DNA of 11,130 nt from a virus (lineage: Duplodnaviria; Heunggongvirae; Uroviricota; Caudoviricetes), in the IMG/VR virus record IMGVR_UViG_3300033463_000046; one strand, 5' to 3'. A program made the position numbers and the translations under genes. Under the pieces are notes generated by a model. It did no database searches, was not told the origin of the DNA, and saw only the letters and a program-made list of their open reading frames with translations. Positions 1 through 9,167 of the stretch are shown here, one piece after another. Each line of letters starts with the position of its first letter. The stretch's first letter is position 1.

Positions 1-359
1 TCACCATCTGTCACATAGATAGTTTCATAATATTCACGATAATCATTACTTGAAGTTTCATACCACTCCATATTTGGAAGAATAAGATGATCAACTGTAT
101 AATATCCGTCAGAATCAACATGGAAAGTAACAGAGTCTAAATCTTCCGAATGATCATCAAGAAGTACATCTATTAACGTTATCTTTTTTGTTTCCACTTT
201 TATAATAGCATTTAGAGAAGCTGTCTAACTATATTTAAATTCATCATATGAATATACTACAGAAGCATCTTCATCTAAATACTAATTATATTCTTTAGAG
301 AAATCTTCGATAATAATTTCTCCATTCATGGAAGTGTGAATATCAATACTAAATTCCAT
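1..359 (-). CDS. Hypothetical protein, probably virion-associated; runs off the window; TAG-recoded
   Basis: ATG at 359 lies just after the TAA of the upstream gene (362-364). MEFSIDIHTSMNGEIIIEDFSKEYNQYLDEDAS...YETIYVTDG stays open to base 1 if TAGs at 282-284 and 225-227 are read through, with no TAA/TGA in frame. Acidic protein two genes downstream of the portal. Confidence 0.8.
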
Positions 360-361
360 AA

Positions 362-994
362 TTATGATGTCATTGGGTACATAGCAAATAATGATATATT
401 CCATACAGGTTTATTTTCTTCTAATGGAAAGGCTTTACCTGCGTCTCTATGTCTTACAGCCATATAACCAAATGGTTGTTGAGGTCCTATACCTGGGAAA
501 TAATTATGCCATACTACATTATTAGCATTTTGATCGTTTACATTTGCTCCATAATCGCTAGGTCCCTTAACTGTATTCGGAATAACAGTAGCTAATGCTG
601 TATACATAATTTGTGTTTCCGGATACAAAGCAGTAGCAACTATTGTATATACTGTTTTTACTAAGTCATTATCCCAATAATATTGAGTTCTCTGCCATGT
701 ATACGGAGCATTTTCACTAGGTAATACAAAGTCTTCCTGATATGTTAAAGTTTCTGCTTCAGATTTACTATTAGAAGCACTAATCGCAAATCCCACTCTA
801 ACACCAAGGCTATTAGCAAGTTGATATCCTCCAGTAATCATTGTACGTAGAGTTCTCAATTGGTCAAGCAAAGCCTTAAGGTCATCATAAACAGAATTAC
901 CACCTATTACTACTCCACTTTCTACATTTCTACCATAGGTAAAAGGATATATGGGTTGCGAATTGGCATCATATAATTGTGTTCCGTTTGCCAT
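362..994 (-). CDS. Hypothetical protein (210 aa), possibly structural
   Basis: ORF track 362..1000. The ATG at 994 (MANGTQLYDANSQPIYPFT) follows the portal TGA (997-999) by 2 nt, and the gene ends in TAA. No in-frame TAG. The structural role is inferred from position only. Confidence 0.8.
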   Translation of the reverse strand: MANGTQLYDANSQPIYPFTYGRNVESGVVIGGNSVYDDLKALLDQLRTLRTMITGGYQLANSLGVRVGFAISASNSKSEAETLTYQEDFVLPSENAPYTWQRTQYYWDNDLVKTVYTIVATALYPETQIMYTALATVIPNTVKGPSDYGANVNDQNANNVVWHNYFPGIGPQQPFGYMAVRHRDAGKAFPLEENKPVWNISLFAMYPMTS

Positions 995-996
995 AA

Positions 997-3162
997 TCAA
1001 ATGTGTCTTACTTTGTCATTATATGGATTACCATCATGGATTTGAGCTTCTTCAATAGCAGTACGTCTATCCTCAATATCCATTTGTCTATCTTTATATG
1101 TTCTATCAGATTGAGCCTGGAACCATTTAACTTGATACTCTAATTGTATCTTGTTACCTTCAAGTTCAATCTTCTTTTCATTAAGTGTCTCAACCTTAGT
1201 TTGAGCCTTTTCTAACTCTTGTTGTAATTGCTGATTTTGCTTTTGAAGTTCTTCAACTTGTTGACTAAGTTGTTGAAGTTGATTATTTTCTTCCTTCTAA
1301 ATCTTCAATGCTTTCTGAACTTTATATTTAAGATCAGTAAGAGATTTAGCAGTTAAAGCTTCAAATATAATATCAGCTGGGAGAAGTTGACTCTTAATAA
1401 GTTCTGGAATAACTGCTTTAAGATTCTCTAACTCTTGGATAATTTCTGTACTTGCTGTAATGTGAATATCAAAATCAGTAAGTGTAAAATGTTCCGGGAG
1501 AGCTGTAAATATTCTCTAATATTTATCTCCAAGAATTATAGTTCCTGTAAGACCTTTCTTATATGCTATCTTAGCTTGATTAAGAGAATCAAGCAACATT
1601 TCGCAAACAATTAAATCCATTTGTTGGAAGTAATGTTTAGTAACAATATATGAGTTTCTTACACCTTGTTTAATATTTGTTACAGCATCCTATTGCTCAA
1701 TACCATTAAGTCTTTCTCTGAAGACTCCCGTAATAGAAGAAGTAGTTTGTTCTACAGATTGAATTGCAACTTCAATTGCTTGAACAGCTTGTGCTTTTAA
1801 GGTATCATCAAATCCATTAAAGATTGTGTTCATAGGAGCATTACCATTATCGTTACGTCCTTCTTGAGTTGTATCAATCCATTCAATACCTGCTTTCTTA
1901 TACGCTAACCATTTTTGAATACGTTCAGGCCATTTAACTCCAAGGTTAGTTGGAATAAGTGACATATCCATAATTGTACCGGAAGTACCACTATTAGCAA
2001 TTAAATTATCACGATAATAGATAAGTAAGTCATATCTATCTTGTAAGTGAGCACATTTAAGAATTAATGAATATGGTTTTCTGGAACGATTTAAGAAATA
2101 TACACCATTTACAGATAAATCACATTCATTAGGTCTATCTTTAGAACGAATAGCAGTTTTATCTTCTCCTCTAAGTATATATATTTCTTCTCCGATTCTT
2201 ATACAATTATAACGTTTCATTTTAAAATCGTCTCCTGTTTCTAACCATTCAACATCATAAACAGGAATTAAGCGGAATCGATGAGAAGCTGAATATTCAT
2301 CGTCAGGGTATCCAGGTATAGTATCAAAGTCTACATCTTCTTCCTATGGAGCAAAATCAGCATAGGAACGTCTATATACTGCTTGACCTTCATACCATTC
2401 TTCTTTAAGTTGTTTTAAATCCTCTTTTGGAATTTCCTTTCCAAACTTCGTAAGAATCTGACTCTTTGTCATCCATTTACGAACAACACATCTATATGAC
2501 TTACGTACATAAGGTGAATCAGGATTTCTATCAACAAAAGTATTAAGAGGATCTAAAACTTCTACGTCAATATTTTGACCACTCGGAGAAGCTTTAACCC
2601 TAAAGAATGTATATCCAGTTATAAGTAAATCTGTTAATAACTGTCTAAGTTTAGTGATAAAATCAATCTCTCTCGATTGCATAATATACTGAACAAGATT
2701 TTGTGCAGCTATTTCATACTAAGAAACAAAGGATTGATCAATATCCTAAACTATTTTATCTAGCTATTGTTTGATAGCCGCATCAGTAGGGTCTTTACCT
2801 TGTATCATCTAAACTAACGAATTAGTCAAATGTTCTTTTAAGAATTTAACAATACCATTAGTAATTTCAAGTTGCTTTTCTCTTGTTATTGCACTAATAG
2901 TATCAGAATCCTTGCATGAGATTTTTGGAATGATAGGAGTACCTAAATACTCGCCAACCAAAGCATCCACGTGCTTTTTTAATAAAGGTGTAAACTCTAC
3001 TGAAGTAGGACTACCTATTCCGAAGTTTTCCTCTAAGTATTTAAACTGTTCCGGATCTCTTTTACCGTTATAATAATTATAAGCCTTTTGGAGCTCATGC
3101 TTATCATAAACAAGTTCCGCAATGACTTCGTTCGTTTTGTCTACAAGTTCTTTCTCGCTCAT
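997..3162 (-). CDS. Portal protein, crAss-like (721 aa with TAG=Gln)
   Basis: Track ORFs 2809..3162, 2344..2682 and 1690..2220 share one frame. They join through 8 TAGs (2809, 2764, 2746, 2719, 2344, 1690, 1516, 1297) to a TGA at 997-999. The N-terminus YNYYNGKRDPEQFKYLEENFGIGSPTSVEFTPLLKKHVDALVGEYL and the Gln/Glu-rich C-terminal coiled coil ending HDGNPYNDKVRHI resemble crAss-like portals as I recall them. The gene lies downstream of TerL. Confidence 0.88.
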
Positions 3163-3439
3163 TGCAAATATTAATTGTATTACCTGGAACTTTCGTAGCT
3201 AAGTAATGTTTTACTTTATGTAATTTACGACTACGTATCTCCTCTCGCATAAACTCGAGGAACTTATCATCTGGTAAGTCGGCAATTAAAACTAAAGGAT
3301 TCTCTGACCTATCAAGATTCAAAGATACCTTATAGCCAATAGGGTCTAGGTCTTCAATTTTGATTTCACCTATAAACTCCATCTTGTACAACTGCCTAAT
3401 ACAGTCTAGTATCGCTTGTTTCAAATCTGTATGTGTCAT
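3104..3439 (-). CDS. Small hypothetical protein between terminase and portal (111 aa)
   Basis: Track ORF 3104..3451 starts at TTG. The first ATG is at 3439 (MTHTDLKQAILDCIRQLYKMEFIGEIKIEDLDPIG) and the gene ends in TGA. It overlaps TerL by 74 nt and the portal by 59 nt. Confidence 0.7.
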   Translation of the reverse strand: MTHTDLKQAILDCIRQLYKMEFIGEIKIEDLDPIGYKVSLNLDRSENPLVLIADLPDDKFLEFMREEIRSRKLHKVKHYLATKVPGNTINICNERERTCRQNERSHCGTCL

Positions 3440-5717
3440 CTTCGTTTTCAACCTTTAGTCTATACTCTACTTTCTATTTCTTAGGAATTATTCCAAAATG
3501 TTTAATTCCTTTTTCATCTTTCCAATAACCGAAGTCTTCAAAAGTAGCCTCATCATTTTCTACTTTAACAGGCTAACGGCCAGATAATTCTTGATCGGCA
3601 AGTTCCATCATACCAAATGCTGCTACAATATCGAACTTACCTTTATTTTCATCATTGTAACTAGTTAACTAGTCTAGTATTTCCTCAAACCATATATTGT
3701 GACAATAATCTTCTACATAATCTGCAGTTAAATCAGTATGCATTTCGATTATAACCTTTGTTGCAGGTGTACCATATGATTTAGTAGTACCGTATTTAAC
3801 ATCAGTAAGCGTAGCTCTTGGTCTTTTCATAAAGTATTGAAGTCCGTGATTTTCACGAGCCCAAGTAATCATACCCATACGGGTAGCCTCTATGTTTATT
3901 TTACAATTATAATATCTTGCAAGACACATAGCTATCTTATATGCTTCTCTGATATTTCCAGGTCTATCTTTATACATAGCTACTATTTGGGGTTCATTCA
4001 TTCCGAATGCTCTCCTCTTTATTACCATACAGAAATCAGATGGGTCTTTGGTTTCTTTTGAAGTTTGGTTTTGACCAATGTCAATACCATCGATACCTGC
4101 TACATATAGGTTTTCCATTTCTTTGTAGACTGGCATCTCAAATTCTTCTCCCTTCTCTTCCGCAATAGCCTTTTTCTTTTGCATTTCCTCCATGTATAAA
4201 TCAGACCAGACTGGATGTTCCAGAATTTTAACCTTACCATCAGGATGAGGTATCCATTTAATACCGTCGATATTTTCATAAGTATGTTTTCCGTTCTTAT
4301 AGAAATAATCTATATATCCTGATACTGGACGTGGTCCAATTTTATGTAATCTGATGGCTGCTAGTTGCTCAGAAATTTTTATCTTGTTAAACTTGTTAAC
4401 ACCTTCTAAGTTGAAGGCTTCTTCTGCAAACCAGCATCGCTCAGCGCATTTCTTATAATATTCTTCTGGAACTGCAAGTAGATTATCACGTTCTTCTTGT
4501 AATTCCTTTTTATATTCTTCTTGTTTACAGACTCCTCTATTATCCATAAATTCAGATCTAAGAGACTAAATAAAATATGGAATGAAGAATCCGCTTTCTA
4601 TATAAGTTCCGTCTTGTGTGTAATTATGTCGGAATGGTAAAACTTTAAAAGCTTTAGGATGATAATATATTTTTTTAAGTCCTTCAAGTGGAGCACCCAT
4701 ATCACCACCAGTTCCACCATATAACATAGTACCACGAGGAACACCTTGTACTTCACAAAGTTCTTGTCCCTGCACAATAGCTGTTGTAAGTCCAGGCCAA
4801 GAACCGGCCTCATCATAGATCAATAAATCAACACGATCACCACGAATATTAGATGGTTTAGCTGCATTGATTCCTATACATTCAGATTTAAATCCAAAGT
4901 CTTCAAATTGTCCTTGAACCTTCTATTGATAACCTGACTTCTTATGTAAGATTTTATCAATAATACGAGGTTCAAACATTCCTCCACCAGTACATGTATT
5001 TAAGAATGTAAGAGCATGATCAAACTTACTAAATGTACCATTTAAGAAAGTATCATTATAACAAGTAATCATTGTTCTACTTCTTCTAATTATAGTATAC
5101 ATACGAGCGGCAAGAGAAGCATTAATTTCTGAGAAACCAATAGAACGTGCTTTAAACAAAGCAGCATGCTTATGTAATACTCTTGCCATCTCTAAATAAT
5201 GGAAGAACATGTAATGTGACGCAAAGAAAATTGGAAAACCTTCATCAAGGCCAGAGCCTGATGCTTTAGTTTCATCTACGAGAGGTAATCTATAAAAGTT
5301 TAAGAAGAAATAATTATCACCTGTAATACGATAACCATTAACAGTCATTCCGTATTTACAGCGCTTGTATTGCTCAAGCCAGAACTCGTTATATCGTTTA
5401 CTACCTCTAAGATAAGTACAATATTTATGATCTTTTTCAAATACCTATCTTGTTTCTGTAAACCAAGTTGGATCAAAGTCTAATCCTTGAGTTTCTGTTA
5501 TTGGACGATAACCTGTAAGTTCGTAAGAGAGGGTAGGATCAAAGACTTCTATCTTCTAATCCTTTGGAACATCCCAATAATCTTTATTGGCATCTCTTTC
5601 CTCTCTTACTTGCTATACATATTCTCGTGCTTCCTGAGCATCTTCTTCTATTTCTTTATTTTGTACGTCATCGATAATATCCTGAATTTCTTCAGGTAAT
5701 TTTCTTTTGCGTGGCAT
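3366..5717 (-). CDS. terL: Terminase large subunit (783 aa with TAG=Gln)
   Basis: Track ORFs 4923..5348, 4566..4823 and 3669..4547 are in one frame from ATG 5717 to TGA 3366-3368, with 9 in-frame TAGs (5613, 5556, 5445, 4923, 4566, 3669, 3573, 3474, 3396). Motifs: Walker A-like LFKARSIGFSE, Walker B IRGDRVDLLIYDEAGS, coupling motif YGGTGGD, RNase H-like nuclease YVAGIDGID...IEATR...KFDIVAA. Confidence 0.95.
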
Positions 5718-6277
5718 TAGAAGTCTCCTGGATCAAATCCTTCTTCGATACCTGCTCTAATTGTAGATTGTTCTGTAAGTTCTTTCTTAACCTGTTCCTC
5801 TAAAGTTACTAGTTCTTCATGAACTTTGTGTAGTTGGGACATTTCTTTCATAACTTTTTCAGCAGAAAAAACAGGTTTACCATTCTAATCACGTTCATTC
5901 AAATCTACAATTGTATCGAAGTAATCTATGAATTGGTCTGCAGCACGTTTAGCAGACTCTAATAATTTAATAGATTTATTAGAATCTTGTAGTGCTCTAT
6001 ATTTTCTACAAGCCGCTCTAAAGATAGGGTCATTGAACTATTCTTCGGATAAGCCGGAATCGTTTAGAGCCTCCTCATGTTTCTCCTATTCAGTATACTG
6101 ATTATAGGGGCTCTTCCAATCGATAGCCAAAAATATATATGTAAATTCAGCCCAAGCTCTATCTTTAGTTTTTGACTTGTCTCTTTTTAATAAGTCGTTA
6201 AATTCTTTTACTAATAGTATTTCTGGTTCATTTAACTCTAGTACCTTCGTAAGGTTATTATACATAAACACATTCAT
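5717..6277 (-). CDS. Helical phage protein directly upstream of TerL (186 aa); candidate terminase small subunit
   Basis: Track ORF 6086..6277 continues through TAGs at 6086, 6038 and 5885 to TAA 5717-5719, forming a TAATG overlap with the TerL start. The CDS is solid; the TerS label rests on position, size and helical/charged character only. Confidence 0.75.
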
Positions 6278-6301
6278 AATCCTAACCAGTTTTATTGTTA
6301 A

Positions 6302-6928
6302 TCAAAATCCTATAATTCCACCAAATTGATGTTTCTTTAACTTAGAACCTCCGCAGTTCTTTCCGATACCCTTATTAATATGAGGTGGAGTTGTTTCTTC
6401 TGTAGTCTTATTAGAGGCTAATTGTTTCTCTCTATCCTTCATACCTTTTTTAGATCCAGTGGCATCTGCTAATCTTCCAATAGAATCTCCTGAAGTTTTA
6501 CCACCTGGTTGGAATTTAGCTTTTAATCCACCACAAGCTTTCTTCTTCTTAAAATCAGAAATCTCCTTCTTTCCATCTTTTACTTTTTCGCCTCCGGCGG
6601 CTTTTACAAATCTTTTCTTAGTTTGTCCACCACACTTATAATATTCTACTACCATTCCTTCAGGAGCATTACCTTTAAGAGTACGAATATAATTAAGTTT
6701 AGCACCAAGTCTAGCTTTAGGTGCTTGCTGCATTTCCTGCAAGAATTGACCCATAGCTTGTTCTAAAGCTTGTTCATTACCCTGTAATTGTTGGACATTT
6801 ATTCCTTTAGCTTGAGCCCATTTTCCGAAAGCAGTCATGATTTTCTTTTGTTGGTCTTGTGGAAGTTTAGCAATTTCCTATAAGATGCTGCCCTATGCAG
6901 GACCTCCCATTTGATATTTATTAATCAT
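6302..6928 (-). CDS. Basic, Gln/Lys/Gly-rich protein with repeated Kxx(x)GG motifs (208 aa)
   Basis: Track ORF 6302..6838 extends upstream through TAGs at 6893 and 6878 to ATG 6928 (MINKYQMGGPAQGSILQEIAK). This ATG forms a TAATG overlap with the upstream stop. The gene ends in TGA. Confidence 0.8.
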
Positions 6929-7149
6929 TACTATTCTACTTTAATAAGATCCTTAGTATTAAATACGGCTTCTTGCATTAATCCGTCTTTTGTAAACCAT
7001 CTACATTTAATACCCTTGAGTCCGGAACTATCTTTAAATAATGCCTGTTCTTTACGAAGAACAAGCATAACTGGAGCTACCATCGTTCCACGTTGTCTTA
7101 ATGTAACGCAATCTCCAGGTTTAAAATACACTTTCTCATTTTCTTCCAT
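6928..7149 (-). CDS. DUF2158/YodC-like small protein (73 aa)
   Basis: The pattern YFKPGDCVTLRQRG..APVMLV...CRWFTKDG...AVFNTKDLIKV matches the F.PGD.V.L..G.P.M.V...C.WF signature of YodC/DUF2158 proteins. The gene ends GAA TAG TAA, so read-through adds one residue before TAA 6928-6930. Confidence 0.7.
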
Positions 7150-7714
7150 AATCTTCTTTACGCTTTGTTAGATTTTCATTAACGATAGCCATGACTCTAT
7201 TTTCTGCAACAGTTACAAATCCTTGACGGAAGAAAGGAACCATAGTAGCACTAGCTATAGTATAAAAAACAACATCACCAGGTTTAACAAATTTGCATTC
7301 GTAGCCTGTCTCAATAACGGTACCTACCTTGATGAATTGTTCTTCTTGTTCAATCTCACCAGTCTCATTAGATTTATATTGAGGTGTCATTCCGCCTAAG
7401 TCAGTAATAATTCCGCCTTCCACTTTAACTTCTTGGAAAGGATTAATATCAAAAGGTTTAATAAGTAAATAACTTGTTCCTGGCATAATTTCTAAACCAT
7501 TAATGTCATGAGAAATTGCTCTAGCATATTCCATTAACGCTTCATTATGCTTTTCAAATTTATCATTAATTTTACTTACGCCTTCATTTAATTTTGTAGC
7601 TTGTTCTTCTAATAGCATATCATTAGCATCTTTACCATTCACAGTAAAGGATTTTCCTGTACCTTCCATCCCAATTAAGTCTTGGGCCAATTTTTCATTT
7701 TTATTCATACTCAT
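7136..7714 (-). CDS. GroES/Cpn10-like co-chaperonin with N-terminal extension (192 aa)
   Basis: The C-terminal ~120 aa show the Cpn10 pattern: IMPGTSYLLIKP, mobile-loop-like EGGII, KVGTVIETG, VKPGDVVFY, FVTVAENRVMAIV. Ends in TGA. No in-frame TAG. Confidence 0.75.
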   Translation of the reverse strand: MSMNKNEKLAQDLIGMEGTGKSFTVNGKDANDMLLEEQATKLNEGVSKINDKFEKHNEALMEYARAISHDINGLEIMPGTSYLLIKPFDINPFQEVKVEGGIITDLGGMTPQYKSNETGEIEQEEQFIKVGTVIETGYECKFVKPGDVVFYTIASATMVPFFRQGFVTVAENRVMAIVNENLTKRKEDYGRK

Positions 7715-7936
7715 TTACCATTTATCAATTATACAATGTTCATCTTCAACTCTTACTTTACTCTCTATAATACAACCACATTGATCACAAATATATTGAC
7801 CCATGAACATTATCCTATGTTCACATTTGTTACAATATTGTAATCTGGTGGTAGCCAAATCTTGATTTTTATTGAAAATATTTCTATATGTTCCAATTAT
7901 TATATGCTATATTTTAATTAATATTTTCTTTACCAT
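7715..7936 (-). CDS. Cys-rich putative Zn-binding protein (73 aa), not in the ORF track
   Basis: MVKKILIKIQHIIIGTYRNIFNKNQDLATTRLQYCNKCEHRIMFMGQYICDQCGCIIESKVRVEDEHCIIDKW has one TAG at 7907-7909 (codon 10). ATG 7936 overlaps the upstream stop (ATGGTAA), and TAA 7715-7717 abuts the ATG of the GroES-like gene. Confidence 0.8.
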
Positions 7937-8145
7937 TTTCCTGCTGGACATTTAGACTTAATATTAGCTATCTTCCACTTGAGATGACATCCGCATCCTT
8001 TTATATAACCATCTTTAGAATAAGTTGAAATATCATTTGTTTCCGGGTTTAAATAAAGTCCAGCATTACACATTTCATTAACTGTATCACATATTGGACA
8101 TTTTCTACAAATGATAGTCCTTTCAGTAACGTATTCAGGAACCAT
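7930..8145 (-). CDS. Cys-rich putative Zn-binding protein (71 aa)
   Basis: Track ORF with CRKC...C...GCGC...K......C..GKW; ends in TAA. It has the same Cys layout and KW terminus as 7715-7936. Confidence 0.8.
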   Translation of the reverse strand: MVPEYVTERTIICRKCPICDTVNEMCNAGLYLNPETNDISTYSKDGYIKGCGCHLKWKIANIKSKCPAGKW

Positions 8146-8147
8146 AA

Positions 8148-9062
8148 TTAATATTCTATTCTTTGACGTTTCTTTTTACTATCATCTAATATAGTCTTCT
8201 TTTTAAAGTATCCTAACATAAGTCCGACTTCTTTTTTAAGATATGGCATATGATATACTGTCATATGACCTTCATGATCGAAGTGAACTAAAACAAGATC
8301 CTCGATTTCATATTCTGAATTCAATTGTTGTATCATCCATGCATATGTAGAAAGTTGCATGGCATAATGCCAATAATTAACATCATCCAAATTATTAAGA
8401 GGATATTGCATCTTAACTGAAGTCTTTGTTTTAGTATTAAAAAAACTCTTAGTTTCAATTTTCTTATTAGTTTTCCAGTCAGCAATAGTAATTTTATTAC
8501 CTTTTTTAACTAATAAATCAATTTGCCCAGCTACAGCCATTCTTCCATCCTTAGTTACATAAGAAATCAGATATTCAGGATATACAGCATTCTCTATATC
8601 TAAATCAGTATAATCCTTTCGGCATTCAAACTTTCCTCCAATTTCATACTTAGATAAGTTAATGTCTTTAGGTTTGGAGTAAAAAGAGTTTTCTAATTCT
8701 GCATGAATCTTAGTTCCTCTTTCGCAAGATATCCTTTTCTCTAAGTCCCAAGCATCTAGTATAGCTTGTTGTTCTCTATTGAAATCATTGTCTGTAATAC
8801 CATAGGCATCAAGTAAACCTATGTTAAATTTCTTAGTAGCTAGTAATGCCTTTTTCTCTATTGCCCAATCTTCTTTAGGTAAGAGTTTTTCTAAAGCCTT
8901 ATAGGCTGACCAAAACTGCTCATCAAAAGGTTGGGTAAAAGAATGAATCATAGTAGTCACAGAAGTAAACTTCAGATCCGGATTAGTAACATCATAATAA
9001 ATATGAGCATCCTCTTCAAAAGCTATATTTCCGTTTTGTTTTGTAATTTTACTTTTATCCAT
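8148..9062 (-). CDS. PD-(D/E)XK superfamily nuclease (exonuclease/Cas4-like fold, 304 aa)
   Basis: Motifs FEEDAHIYY..SVTTMI, GTKIHAELE, PEYLI, AGQIDLL, IADWKTN and YAMQLSTY fit the E...D...(D/E)xK plus Q-x-x-x-Y layout of phage PD-(D/E)XK exonucleases. Ends in TAA. No in-frame TAG. Confidence 0.85.
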   Translation of the reverse strand: MDKSKITKQNGNIAFEEDAHIYYDVTNPDLKFTSVTTMIHSFTQPFDEQFWSAYKALEKLLPKEDWAIEKKALLATKKFNIGLLDAYGITDNDFNREQQAILDAWDLEKRISCERGTKIHAELENSFYSKPKDINLSKYEIGGKFECRKDYTDLDIENAVYPEYLISYVTKDGRMAVAGQIDLLVKKGNKITIADWKTNKKIETKSFFNTKTKTSVKMQYPLNNLDDVNYWHYAMQLSTYAWMIQQLNSEYEIEDLVLVHFDHEGHMTVYHMPYLKKEVGLMLGYFKKKTILDDSKKKRQRIEY

Positions 9063-9167
9063 TTGTCATAAATCATTAAATCATTAAACACATTTATCTA
9101 GAATTATTTTATACTTTTCAAGTATAAGCATATTATTTGTCGAGAACAAATCAATTATTATAATTAT
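9063..9167. promoter_or_regulatory. Divergent intergenic region; likely holds promoters/operators for both operons
   Basis: This is the only sizeable non-coding gap, and it lies between divergent starts (9062 minus, 9168 plus). It is very AT-rich and contains a direct repeat TAAATCAT x2 (9069-9084) and inverted repeats TTATACTT-ttc-AAGTATAA (9109-9127) and ATTTGT-cgaga-ACAAAT (9135-9151). No exact promoter consensus was identified. Confidence 0.55.

Noticed and set aside
1140-1300. Repetitive CAA/GAA-rich stretch as a DNA repeat element
   Set aside because: It is explained by the Gln/Glu-rich coiled coil at the portal C-terminus.
3837-4061. Plus-strand 74-aa track ORF
   Set aside because: Antisense shadow inside terL with no recognisable features.
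4598-4816. Minus-strand 72-aa alternative-frame ORF
   Set aside because: Fully nested in the terL ATPase region in another frame, with no independent support.
5487-5699. Plus-strand 70-aa hydrophobic ORF
   Set aside because: Antisense to the purine-rich 5' end of terL; its Phe/Leu/Ile richness is an artefact of that composition.
3366-5717. Intron or intein in TerL, as found in some crAss-like phages
   Set aside because: The gene is one continuous 783-aa frame with ATPase and nuclease motifs at normal spacing. I saw no intein splice-junction or homing endonuclease signature.
997-6277. Fragmented terminase and portal ORFs as pseudogenes, frameshifts or assembly errors
   Set aside because: All fragments of each gene stay in one frame and every interruption is TAG, never TAA/TGA or an indel. 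Motifs and expected lengths are preserved, which fits recoding rather than decay.
6459-7171. Plus-strand ORFs 6459..6641 and 6911..7171
   Set aside because: Antisense shadows of well-supported minus-strand genes.
8148-9062. Nuclease as part of a CRISPR-Cas (cas4) locus
   Set aside because: No repeat-spacer array or other cas genes are in the window, and the four-Cys Fe-S layout typical of Cas4 is not evident. A general PD-(D/E)XK call is safer.
9125-9165. Bacteroidota -7 promoter element (TAnnTTTG)
   Set aside because: Only near-matches (TATTATTTG on plus, TTGATTTG on minus) and no exact consensus, so it is not called.
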